IMG/VR virus record: IMGVR_UViG_3300022602_000039
Span: 1 to 64,000 of that record
Length of the DNA stretch: 64,000 nucleotides
Source of the DNA: a virus
Direction: 5' to 3' (one strand)
The position numbers and the translations under genes are program-made. The notes under the pieces were generated by a model that saw nothing but the letters and a program-made list of their open reading frames with translations, made no database searches and was not told the DNA's origin. Of this stretch, positions 20,606 through 30,571 are shown one piece after another. Each line of letters begins with the position of its first letter. Position 1 is the stretch's first letter.

Positions 20606-20827
20606 TTAATAAGGGTATGATTCTATGGCACTCCACATATCTCCATTCAGTTCTTCATCTTCTTCTCTTACATCTCTTTCACAAGCTACTGCAAACCATT
20701 TAGGGATCTTTACTGTCTTTACATTCTCATGTAGCCAACAGATATAACTTGGATCAATGTCTCCAACTTCATCTAAAGTCTTTCCTTTATACTTTCCAAA
20801 GTCTAAAACTGTTTCTAAGCTTTTCAT
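20606..20827 (-). CDS. Small FGKYKG-motif protein (exonuclease X C-terminal-like domain)
   Basis: LDFGKYKGKTLDEV..DPSYICWL. Confidence 0.6.
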   Translation of the reverse strand: MKSLETVLDFGKYKGKTLDEVGDIDPSYICWLHENVKTVKIPKWFAVACERDVREEDEELNGDMWSAIESYPY

Positions 20828-21561
20828 ATTATTTCTTCTTTTGATAACATATTATTTGAGAACATGCTGAATTCCATCAGCAAGTTTTTCAAATACTCCT
20901 GTTCCATAGAGAACACTAGCTATTACAATTCCGAGAAAGATTTGAAATACTGGATCTGGATTTTTATTCTTCATACCTTTAGTGTATAGAGATTTTCAGG
21001 ACAATGCAAGAAAATTATTTCTTCCACCAATCAGCACTATCTTCATCCTTTTTAGTGTGCTCTTCAATATACTTTTTTGCTTCTACAATTATCTTTGCAC
21101 AATTCTTTGCAAGAGCATCTGTTTGCCTATTAACTAATTCTTTAAGCCTTTTATTCTCTTCAAGAAGCTCTTCGTAAGTCATATTCTTATTCTATATGTT
21201 TTAGGAGAAGATGTCAACTATAAAGGAGGCTGAATCCTTCCAATCTTATACAGCCAATAAGGAAATGGTGTCATATGCCACACTTCAATAATTTTATTCT
21301 TTAGCTTCTTATGCCACTTCTTTTGCTCATGAAAATAAATTGCTACATCAGAATTTACTAAAGCCAAATCATGTAAAGCTTTTTTTGGGTCATTCTCATG
21401 CTCCTTACTATAAATGTGCCAAGTTATTAATTCTTCAATAACAGCTTCCTTCCACTTACGAAGCTTATAGACTTCAGGATCAGTCCAATCTACCCCACAA
21501 ACACATTCGTGTTCACCATGTGCATGACACTTACAGCCTTTACCTTCGTAGTATTCGTCAA

Positions 21562-21750
21562 TCATAGGAATAGTTGTTCTTCGCAATCTTTATACAGTTT
21601 AGATAGCTTCTCTTGGATATCAATAAGATTTTTTAGAATCTTTTTAGCTTCATCATCTAAAGGATTATCTAGACAAATATCTTGAAGAGCTTTAATTTTC
21701 TCGTCTTGTTCATTACACCAGAGAGCAATTGAGTACGGTGTATCTTCCAT
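21562..21750 (-). CDS. Hypothetical protein
   Basis: Start moved to MEDTP behind TTGCTC-17-TAGTAT. Confidence 0.6.
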   Translation of the reverse strand: MEDTPYSIALWCNEQDEKIKALQDICLDNPLDDEAKKILKNLIDIQEKLSKLYKDCEEQLFL

Positions 21751-21785
21751 TACTAATAATACTATAGACAGAAGCAGGAAAGAGC

Positions 21786-21872
21786 AAGATAAAAAGGTCT
21801 CCAGGTGCTGTATCTTCTGCAATGAATGATCACACAACTCGTAGTATGTATACGAAAAGAGCACCTGAAGAC
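21786..21872 (-). ncRNA. HNH-associated structured small RNA, copy 4
   Basis: Stem gtctccaggtgct/agcacctgaagac (U-G on minus); hairpin tcgta/tacga; 21818-21830 repeats 21884-21896. Confidence 0.7.
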
Positions 21873-21887
21873 ATAAATATATATGCA

Positions 21888-22106
21888 ATGAATGATGATT
21901 TAACCACACAAGAACTGTCTAAAAAGGAAGAAAAAGATAAGCAATACTTTCGTAATTGGTATTTAGCTAACAAAGAACGTTTAGCTAAAATGGGAAAAGA
22001 GAGGAGACAAAGGACCGAAAATAAGGAAAGATCTCGTGTTTATTGCGCTAAGAAAAGAGCTACTACAGAACACAAACAATACATGAGAGAGTATTTAGAA
22101 GTATAG
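21888..22106 (+). pseudogene. Truncated HNH-family gene (N-terminal repeats only)
   Basis: MNDDLTTQELS start and WYLANKE repeat; no nuclease domain. Confidence 0.7.
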
Positions 22107-22370
22107 ATGAATTCATAATACAAAGCAAGCCTATACGCAACCAGTTTCTGCAATGAATTTCACTAACAAACTTCAGGTAAAATAAGCTCGTTATCTTTAA
22201 TAAACTGCTCGACAACAGCTAAATCATTGTCATAAAATATATTAAACGGTGTAGATATTGTACCAAAAGTTTGCTCTGGCCCTTGAAAAATAATATTATC
22301 GGATCGCCAACATACAGCATATTCCCCGCTTAAAGTAACCGTTGTGTTGTTTAATTGTGTAGCCATAAAA

Positions 22371-23261
22371 TTATCCTGGTATTGCCGATGATCCTAGAGT
22401 AACTGACCAACCCTGTGGTGAAGCTGTTAAATAATTAACGTAAGAATAAATTGCTCCGTTTATGGGCCCAGCAGCTGAAGAGGATAGTGCTGGCATATTC
22501 GGTCCACCTAAATTAATAGTACCACTAAGAGTGTTATATTGAGAAACCATTGTAGCAAAAGCAGACAAACAATAATATACACCTGTTAGTGTAAAATAAT
22601 TATTATGTGCATCAAAACTTTTTAATGTTTTAGGAACTGGATTTAAATTAAATCCTGACAATTGATTGATATAAACCCAAAATGTATTTAGGTTTGTACA
22701 ACCACTGAGTGAAGGTATTGTTCCATTTATTTTTATTGATCCATTTTGTTTAAAACAATAGTATAATGCAAGATTAGGCAAATAACCAAAAGGTGGTATT
22801 GGTCCTGAAAAATAATTATCGTCAAATCTAAATGTAGTAGATGTTGCGGTTGAATTCGGTAATACAGGTAAAGATCCAGACATACTAGAGTTATAAACCG
22901 AAAAGTTTTGTAGGTTGGTAAGTGCGGTTAATGGTGGGAGACTCCCAGTAATAGAATAATGGCTTATCCCTATATTGAAATATGTGAGATTAATTCTTGA
23001 ACTTAAAGTTGAAAAATATGATGAAAAATCACCCGGTATATAACTTCCATAAGTATAAAAATATGTTAGATTTGGACAATTATCAAATCCCGGTTTTAAT
23101 GTTACAAAGTTGTTTGAAATTCCACCACCAGTATTAAATGATGTAAGATTTGGAAAAAATGATATATCAACAGTTCCTGAGAGAGGTGGATTCGAAGACC
23201 CTAAATTTATAGAAATAATTGAATCTGTAACGCTTCTAGGTAATAATGAAATAATTGCCAT
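22371..23261 (-). CDS. Leucine-rich-repeat protein
   Basis: LTNLQNFSVYNSSMSGSLP, DNYFSGPIP, INGTIPSLSGCTNL: plant-type LRR units. Confidence 0.65.
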   Translation of the reverse strand: MAIISLLPRSVTDSIISINLGSSNPPLSGTVDISFFPNLTSFNTGGGISNNFVTLKPGFDNCPNLTYFYTYGSYIPGDFSSYFSTLSSRINLTYFNIGISHYSITGSLPPLTALTNLQNFSVYNSSMSGSLPVLPNSTATSTTFRFDDNYFSGPIPPFGYLPNLALYYCFKQNGSIKINGTIPSLSGCTNLNTFWVYINQLSGFNLNPVPKTLKSFDAHNNYFTLTGVYYCLSAFATMVSQYNTLSGTINLGGPNMPALSSSAAGPINGAIYSYVNYLTASPQGWSVTLGSSAIPG

Positions 23262-23659
23262 GACTTAATATGTTTTACTTACAGACGAAAATGCAGGTGC
23301 AAGTGTTGATGAACCGTCTCCCCAATAAATATATGTACTACCATTTATTGTTCCAATTTGAACCCCTGATAGCCCCGTGCCAGTAGTAGGAGTAGGAAAT
23401 GACCACAAAGGAATAATCGAATTTCCTGAGAAAACTCTTTGTAATCGAAATTGACCCTGTAGTTGAAGTGATGACATATTAAAATATATTTAATTAATAA
23501 AATTACTTTTTAAACGGTTTATTAGAATGCTTTTTTGTATCCTACCATTTGAATCATATGCCAATCTAAATCCTTTTTAAGACTCTCAATAAGGGTTGTG
23601 CATTTTGTTGTTTCTACTTCGTATTTCATAATCTTATTTATAAGCTTTAGGAGGAGGTG

Positions 23660-23902
23660 TCAAGAAATCTTTCTCCAAGAAGTAATTGTCTGAGTAACCT
23701 TCTTATATTTTACTCCATCAATGATAACCTCATTAACATCTCCAGAAATGATTCTTTGAAAATCGTCCTCACAGATGTATTCTGATTTAATTTCCTCTTT
23801 AGGCGTATCCACAGACATATTAAAATTGCTTAAAGGAACATCTTGAGCATTCAAGATGTGGATCCTCGTAGATATGATATACACGATCAAATCTATGACC
23901 AA
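23660..23902 (-). CDS. Protein or fragment ending in the CEDDFQ domain; start uncertain
   Basis: C-terminus nearly identical to 6076..6230. Confidence 0.5.
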   Translation of the reverse strand: MVIDLIVYIISTRIHILNAQDVPLSNFNMSVDTPKEEIKSEYICEDDFQRIISGDVNEVIIDGVKYKKVTQTITSWRKIS

Positions 23903-24398
23903 AGAGAAGACAGAGTAGTCTTTTAATCATACTAGGATCCCCACACAAATTCAATAAACGTAACTCCATCAGGTCTTGGATCGAGAACCCTAAAACCTTC
24001 CAAAAATAAGCACGCTGTCGATCCGTCGCTATCGTCTATAAGCTGTCGACCAGCCTCGTTAATAATCTCAGACCAACGCGGATTAATCATAATTTCACTA
24101 TTAATCTGCTTGTCGCTGATCCTCCAATAATTACTATAAAAAATAACTTGACCAGGAAATACCGGCTCATCTGACCAAATATCAGGATGATCAACAATCC
24201 AATTATTAAGGTCTCCTTTATCGTCTTTGTTTGTTTCAAACATTGAGAATGACAGACCGACGTTACCTTGTGCGCTCTTATGCTTACACATGGCTTTGGT
24301 AACCTTCTCCAGGGTAGAGTAGGTAGAGGTAGCGGTATATTCTAGCAAGGGTGCGTTTTCAATTTTCATACTATCAGTATATTGGAAACCGATAGGAA

Positions 24399-24692
24399 TT
24401 ACAAGCTAGAAATTGAATGAGAGACGAGCGAATCAATCCTAAAAGAACGCCAGGCCTTTTTCTCTAGATCCCAAACAGCAATGTTTGTTTCACTCTGCTT
24501 CTTATCCTTTGTAGCATCTTCATCCTCATGCTTCTCAACAACAGGGAGGTGTTCGGCTTTAAGAGTACAAAGCATTGTTCTTTCAGTACCGTCCTTCTTT
24601 GTAAAGACAACAGAGAGGACATTTTCAAGAAGGAGCTTCTTGAGATCGTTTCTTAGGGATTGGTATAGGTTGGTTCCAGTTGTATCAGTCAT
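24399..24692 (-). CDS. WYL-like SH3 beta-barrel protein (DUF2693-like)
   Basis: VVFTKKDGTERTMLCTL...VWDLEKKAWRSFRID. Confidence 0.75.
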   Translation of the reverse strand: MTDTTGTNLYQSLRNDLKKLLLENVLSVVFTKKDGTERTMLCTLKAEHLPVVEKHEDEDATKDKKQSETNIAVWDLEKKAWRSFRIDSLVSHSISSL

Positions 24693-25049
24693 CCTATCAA
24701 TATAGTTGAGCTCTTAATGAACTACAAGCTTATTTTTCTAAATTCTTTTTAGCTTGATCGAAGTTAAACTTGATATCCTTTACAGTCTCTTTAGTATATG
24801 GATCAAGCTTCTCTTTAAACGATTCGTAATCAGTAAGATCGTGAACAGTAAAATGAGGTAGAGGCTTAGTGTGCTTAAACTTATTCTCCTGATGATTATG
24901 ATAGGTAAATAAAAATACTACACCGAAGAATAAAACACCAAGGACAACTGTTTTAAAAGCACCTGCAATAATTCTCTCAATAATCCAAATAGAAACAACA
25001 GCGAGAAGAACGGTTAATATAATTTCAATGGGATTAGAGTAGTCCATTT

Positions 25050-25454
25050 TTATTTTGCGTCTGGGTTATAAAGCATGTCGTGAGACGCTGTTGAGATATC
25101 GTATTTACTGTAAGTAATACTTGTATCGTTATTAGTAAAGTTAGGATCCATATCAGCTGCACTATAATCTTCATTCTGTTCTTTATATAGCTCAAGACCC
25201 TCTCTAAGAACATTATTGATAACATCGTTAGCGGAGATATCCTCATCAAGAGACTTCTTGATAATCATCTCAAGTACCTCTCTAGGCCATTCACCTATAT
25301 TAAGCTCAACCTTTACATATGGTCGAAGCTCTACAGCTCCATCATCCTTGAGTTTAACCTCATATCGCTGACCACGCTCAAGGCCTAGCTCTTGAACTTC
25401 CTCATCAGAGAATTGAATAAACAGTTCGTTAGTTGGTTGTAGGGTTTTCTTCAT
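25050..25454 (-). CDS. Putative AbrB/MazE-like DNA-binding protein
   Basis: FIQFSDEEVQELGLERGQRYEVKLKDDGAVELRP resembles a swapped-hairpin motif. Confidence 0.4.
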   Translation of the reverse strand: MKKTLQPTNELFIQFSDEEVQELGLERGQRYEVKLKDDGAVELRPYVKVELNIGEWPREVLEMIIKKSLDEDISANDVINNVLREGLELYKEQNEDYSAADMDPNFTNNDTSITYSKYDISTASHDMLYNPDAK

Positions 25455-26005
25455 ATTATTACTGGTGTGTGCATTCTAGTATAGATGATACCGACAGCTC
25501 TTTCAACTGTCATTTTACCATAAAGTGTAGATTTTGGATGTATTCTAATTTCAGGAAACTCTGGTGGTTCATACGGAGAATCAATTCCAGTAAAGTCTTT
25601 AATCTCTCCAGCTCGAACCTTTTTATACAAACCTTTAGGGTCTCTCTCTTCACAAATCTCAAGAGGTGTATCCATAAAGACTTCAAAAAATCTTGCGTTC
25701 GCATACTTTGTAATCATATCTCGTGCTTCATCCCTCATTGAACGGAGAGGGGAGATCATAGCGACAATAACAAGATCAGCCTTCTGAAATGTTAGCATAT
25801 TCTTAGCACAGTAAATAGCTTCAGAAACCATTCTCTGTCTACTCTTCATATCAAACCCTTTTGGTTTGTCATACTTTGATCTAAGAATATCACCATCAAC
25901 AATACCTGTTCGATATTGATCCTTGCACTTTTCATACAAAGCATTGGCAACAGTTGTTTTACCAGCCCCAGATAATCCTGTGAGCCAGACGACAGTAGGT
26001 CTCAT
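25451..26005 (-). CDS. cysC: Adenylyl-sulfate (APS) kinase
   Basis: WLTGLSGAGKTT P-loop, DGDILR, ERDPKGLYKK...FTGIDSPYEPP. Confidence 0.93.
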   Translation of the reverse strand: MRPTVVWLTGLSGAGKTTVANALYEKCKDQYRTGIVDGDILRSKYDKPKGFDMKSRQRMVSEAIYCAKNMLTFQKADLVIVAMISPLRSMRDEARDMITKYANARFFEVFMDTPLEICEERDPKGLYKKVRAGEIKDFTGIDSPYEPPEFPEIRIHPKSTLYGKMTVERAVGIIYTRMHTPVII

Positions 26006-26233
26006 CAGTCAAGTGTTATATTATTTTCTTCCATCAACTTATGAAGTTCATTTCTTACTAATTCCATAGTATCAGTAAGAAGCTCAGGAACTCCTTCAGC
26101 AGGATATTTGATATATTTTCTTAGATACTGATCAAGGTCCCAAAGAACAGAACGATATTTACTAGCATTAACTGCTTGTTCAAATTCGTACTGATCTTCG
26201 TTCAAATCAAACTCTAGAATTGCTTTAGGCATA

Positions 26234-27568
26234 TTATTTTTCTCCTCGTTCTATTTTATATACATTGCATGGACAAATCCACTTTTTTTCTTTTTGAAAT
26301 TCATTAGGATGTATTTTTGAAAGTGATTCGGTAAATTCTGTAGTTCTCTTTAAAAGCTCTTCAGCATCAAACTCTACCTCTCTCTGCTTTGCTTGAACAG
26401 CATCCTGCATAGCAACTTTAGTTGTACTCCATTTCTCAACCTGCTTTTCATCTAAAGGATCTTCACTATTAAGTTCAGATTCAACAAACTCCTTAATGTT
26501 CTTATCATAAACACTCCAATGAATAGGGTACATAGGATGCTTTTGTTCTTCTGTCTTCTCGATCATTAATCCTTCTTTACAGAAGCCACAACCACCAAAG
26601 TAATTAGTATCATGAGCTACTTTATAGCCACACTTGTTACAGACATAACTGGTTTCAGTTCCATCATACGAATTACCCTCTACAGGATCTTCACTATTAA
26701 GTTCAGATTCAACAAACTCCTTAATGTTCTTATCATAACCACTCCAATGAATAGGGTACATAGGATGCTTTTGCTCTTCTGTCTTCTCGGATACATAATC
26801 AACAATATCATCCTCTAGCTTTTTAATCTGAGCTTTCTGCTCATCAATAGTACTCTTACCACCTTCAATAATTTTATGAAGAGCTGTAACTTGAAGATTT
26901 AACTTTTCATTCTCCTCTTTAAGAGCCTTAACTTCTGTATGCCAATTAGTGCTCATTTCATTAATCTCGCTTCTTAGCTCTTCATTAATCTTTTTGAGAA
27001 CAATAACATCATAGTCAAGTGAGTGATTTATTAGATCATCACTAAACTTAGAATCATCGAATTTCTTCTTCAATGCTTCAATCTCTTTATTAGCTGCATT
27101 GAGCTGATGCTTAAATTCATCTCTTTCTTGAGAACACTTCTTATAATTGTTCTGAACAATCTGAAGCTTTGCTTCCATATACTTCAAACCACCCATTGTA
27201 ACAAAACCATTATACTTCTCAAGAAGTTCAGTGTTTCTATTCTTCAACACAGCATAGTCATTCTTAAGAGTAAAGAGCTGATCCTGTAGATCTCTATTTA
27301 CATCACTATCAATCTCATTAACTCTTTCCATCAACTCAACATTCTCTTTCTTGAGATGTCTAAGACCATTAACTTCTTTTACAAGCTCATCAACAGTATC
27401 TGCTTTTTCATCATATAACTTTCTCCAATTTTTATTGCCTATTTTCCAGCCTTCAAGCTCATTCTTAAGCCCTTGATTCTCAGTTAAGAGCTTTCCTATA
27501 AACTGTGTGAGCTCATCAGTTGGTGCACAATTACCAGGACCACCAAACTTTGAAAATAAATTGAACAT
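26234..27568 (-). CDS. Long coiled-coil protein with an internal 106-bp duplication flanking a zinc ribbon
   Basis: Heptad pattern; repeats 26456-26561 and 26684-26789. Confidence 0.75.
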   Translation of the reverse strand: MFNLFSKFGGPGNCAPTDELTQFIGKLLTENQGLKNELEGWKIGNKNWRKLYDEKADTVDELVKEVNGLRHLKKENVELMERVNEIDSDVNRDLQDQLFTLKNDYAVLKNRNTELLEKYNGFVTMGGLKYMEAKLQIVQNNYKKCSQERDEFKHQLNAANKEIEALKKKFDDSKFSDDLINHSLDYDVIVLKKINEELRSEINEMSTNWHTEVKALKEENEKLNLQVTALHKIIEGGKSTIDEQKAQIKKLEDDIVDYVSEKTEEQKHPMYPIHWSGYDKNIKEFVESELNSEDPVEGNSYDGTETSYVCNKCGYKVAHDTNYFGGCGFCKEGLMIEKTEEQKHPMYPIHWSVYDKNIKEFVESELNSEDPLDEKQVEKWSTTKVAMQDAVQAKQREVEFDAEELLKRTTEFTESLSKIHPNEFQKEKKWICPCNVYKIERGEK

Positions 27569-29336
27569 ACCTAAATGATATATTCATTTTAAATGATGTC
27601 AAGATTTAAATTTTGCTTTTATCTTTTTAATAAAAGCTTCTATCTCTGGAATAAAACAAACTACAAGAAATAAGCCAAACAAGGATATAGCTATAGATAA
27701 CAGTACTAAAAATATAACTAAAAGTAGATGCATAAATTAAATTTCGTAAAACCAACTCTTCTTAAACTTCTCAAACTCTCTTATCCATATATTAAACTTT
27801 CTAAGTCTTCTACCAGCCTTTCTGCCCTTCTTCTTTACTTTCTTTAAACCCTTAAAGATCATTAAAAAGAACAATAACATACCTACAGCAAACAAACCCA
27901 TTGTTACATGACCAATGAGTGTAAAGGGATCCATATTATTATTTAATATATCTCCTTATACTCTATATAGCTCTCTAAAATTTCATCTTCAAATTTAAAC
28001 TGAAGACAGCTCTTGCCTTCATGCATATATCTCTGAATAGCTGTAACCTGAGATAAAGGAACCCATTGTTCAATATCTTCTACCCATACACAAGCTATCT
28101 TTACACCATGCATAAAAGTATTTAATACATCTCGTTAGGAACAAGTTCTAAGACTTTCTTTCTAACTTCTTCTAATTGTTCAAGGTTATACTTCTCATGC
28201 TGATCCCATTCAAGGTCACCATAATGCTCAACATACCAAGCCAATTCATCTAGAATTGAGTTCTTTAAAAGCTTAATCAATTCCACCTGACACTCTTCAT
28301 AGGTATCAAAACTTGTCTCTTCATATCTAGGATTAACAAAACCATGATGAGCTACTGTCCACTGACCAGGTTTCCCATATGAAAAGGTCTGTGTTATATA
28401 GAAATGACAATCTCTATCCTTATGCCAAGAGCCACCACTTAAAATAGAAAGATACCAAATTTCATTTAATTCGGCAATTTTATCTAGATTGGTCATAATC
28501 TTCATAAGGATATTCTGTTTCTAGTACTGAATTTACATCAATGTCCATATCAATTTTAATAGGTTTTCCTACTATGTGATTGCTTTCATCAACTGCTCTA
28601 ATAATAATAAATCTAGGATTAGTTATAGACTTTTGAACCATACCTGCACCAATAATGTGTATTACATCATTGCCTATACCACCATCTGAATCATACTCTA
28701 CTCTTACTGCTTTCATATTAGTATCCCATATCAAGCTCTTGAGCCTGTTTTGTTAATTCATCTAATGACCCAGCCCTTTCTTCTTTCCATATAAGGTTTA
28801 AAATATGGTCCTGAAAAGTTGTATAGTCATAAGCATAAATCTCCCATTCATCAAAGCCTGCATCCTGAACTGTCTTACCTCTCATATAATTCTCCCACAA
28901 AGGGATTAACTCTTCAGGTAGAGCTCTTAGAATATCTTTTTCAAAGATACATCCATTTTCATTGGCTCTAAGATTAGGTGCTTGTTTCATATTAATCCCT
29001 CCTCTCTCAAAACTTTATTAATGATCTCAGGATCACTGTTTTCAGCTCTCCTTTTTCTTCGCTCTTCTCTAGTCTTATCAGCTTTGGGTGTGTATAGAAG
29101 ATTCCAGAACTTAGCATTAATGAGCTCTTGTTGTCTTTTATCAGACAACTCTCCATTCCCAGATCTGTGTGAATAAGACCAAGCATCAGCATTCTGCACA
29201 AGCTCTTGAATAGCTAGATTGTCCATACAACAAACAGCCATATTAATCTTATGCAAGAATGCCTCATACACTTTAACTTTTTGTTTTAGGGTTGGATTCT
29301 TCATTTCCTATATAGTATAGAAAATTCAAGGACAAA

Positions 29337-29756
29337 TCAAGCTAAATATTCTAGTCCTTCAATATATTTTTTCTTTTGTTTTTCAGATGGTGTATCATTA
29401 AGATTATATTTCATATCAGCAATCTTCACAGCCCTAGCAATAGGATTGTTTTTTATTGAAGAAAGATACATCATATAATCTATTCCCTTTGTCTTTGTTA
29501 ATCTGTTTACAGCATCAACAACTTTATCAGGCATTCCAATTTTTGACAAGTCATTAAGATTATAACTTGTATCCTCTACAACATCATGAAGATATGCAGC
29601 TGCAATATTTTCTGGAGTCTGAGGCTGAACAGATCTTGCCACACCATCTACATGATTAAAGTATGATGTTTTACCATCCCTGCGAAATTGACCTGTATGA
29701 GCCATTTGTGCAAAATTTCTAGCTGTTACAATTAACTCAAGCCCTTTTTCTTTCAT
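29337..29756 (-). CDS. HD-domain (p)ppGpp hydrolase-like protein (SpoT/Mesh1 small alarmone hydrolase type)
   Basis: AHTGQFRRDGKTSYFNH, AAYLHDVVEDT, VKIADMKYN. Confidence 0.8.
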   Translation of the reverse strand: MKEKGLELIVTARNFAQMAHTGQFRRDGKTSYFNHVDGVARSVQPQTPENIAAAYLHDVVEDTSYNLNDLSKIGMPDKVVDAVNRLTKTKGIDYMMYLSSIKNNPIARAVKIADMKYNLNDTPSEKQKKKYIEGLEYLA

Positions 29757-29768
29757 TTTAATATTTAA

Positions 29769-30434
29769 TTAATTTACTTCTGGTTTATGATGATCAAATG
29801 TTATCTGATCATAGGTTCTAAATTTAGCTCTAAGCTCCCCAAATGAAATAGGCTCAGGACAAACCTCTACTCCTACATCTATTGTTTTTGCTTTATAAAG
29901 AAGTTTTCCTAGCTCAGACTTATAAAGATTGCCATGGGAGTGACTATGAAGATGCCAGGCTCCTTTATGCTGACCATTCCAAGTAGCCTGAGCATAATGA
30001 TTAAGAACTATAGCCTGTCCATTCACTACAACCTCTAGATAGTTTGGAACAAAATGAATCAGCTTCTCATGACCATCAACATTAAGAACATTCTCATGCA
30101 ATGAATCAAAGATCTGCTTATATCCAGCCTGATGGTTACCAGGGAGAATATAGAGCTCTTTAAAGTTAAGTCTGTTAAAAAGCTTCAATAGCCTCTCATC
30201 AGCCTTATAGCCAAAGATAGTGTCACCTAGAAGGAAACCAATAGTGTTCTTATTAGCTTTTGTGTTCCAGTTCTTAATCAGACCCTCATCATGCTCAGCT
30301 GAGCTGTTATAACCTCTAGTCTTCCAGATAGGTATATCCCATTTTGGGTCATGACCATAATGTAAGCAGCCTTGGAAGAGCACATCATGATCCTTAGCAG
30401 TAATCTTAACAGGTTTATAGAAGTACTCTTTCAT
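29769..30434 (-). CDS. Calcineurin-like metallophosphoesterase
   Basis: CLHYGH, LGD, GNH, HSH and DVGVE motifs; start moved to MKEYF behind TTGCGT-17-TACAAT. Confidence 0.8.
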   Translation of the reverse strand: MKEYFYKPVKITAKDHDVLFQGCLHYGHDPKWDIPIWKTRGYNSSAEHDEGLIKNWNTKANKNTIGFLLGDTIFGYKADERLLKLFNRLNFKELYILPGNHQAGYKQIFDSLHENVLNVDGHEKLIHFVPNYLEVVVNGQAIVLNHYAQATWNGQHKGAWHLHSHSHGNLYKSELGKLLYKAKTIDVGVEVCPEPISFGELRAKFRTYDQITFDHHKPEVN

Positions 30435-30469
30435 TACGACCGATTGTAAGAGCTTATTGTGGAATACGC

Positions 30470-30556
30470 AAGCAGGAAAGGCTCTCAAGGTGCGATCGTC
30501 AGTCATGAACAATATAATACCAACTGGCTATGGCCAGGGAAATGCACCTTGAGAGC
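30470..30556 (-). ncRNA. HNH-associated structured small RNA, copy 5
   Basis: Stem gctctcaaggtgc/gcaccttgagagc; hairpin ctggc-tatg-gccag; 30501-30510 repeats 30568-30577. Confidence 0.7.
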
Positions 30557-30571
30557 TTAAATATTTAAGTC

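Noticed and set aside
2868-23664. The 38-bp repeat as a CRISPR array or integron attC sites
   Set aside because: Spacing is irregular and gene-sized, there is no cas or integrase gene in the window, and the repeat is fully explained as a -35/-10 promoter.
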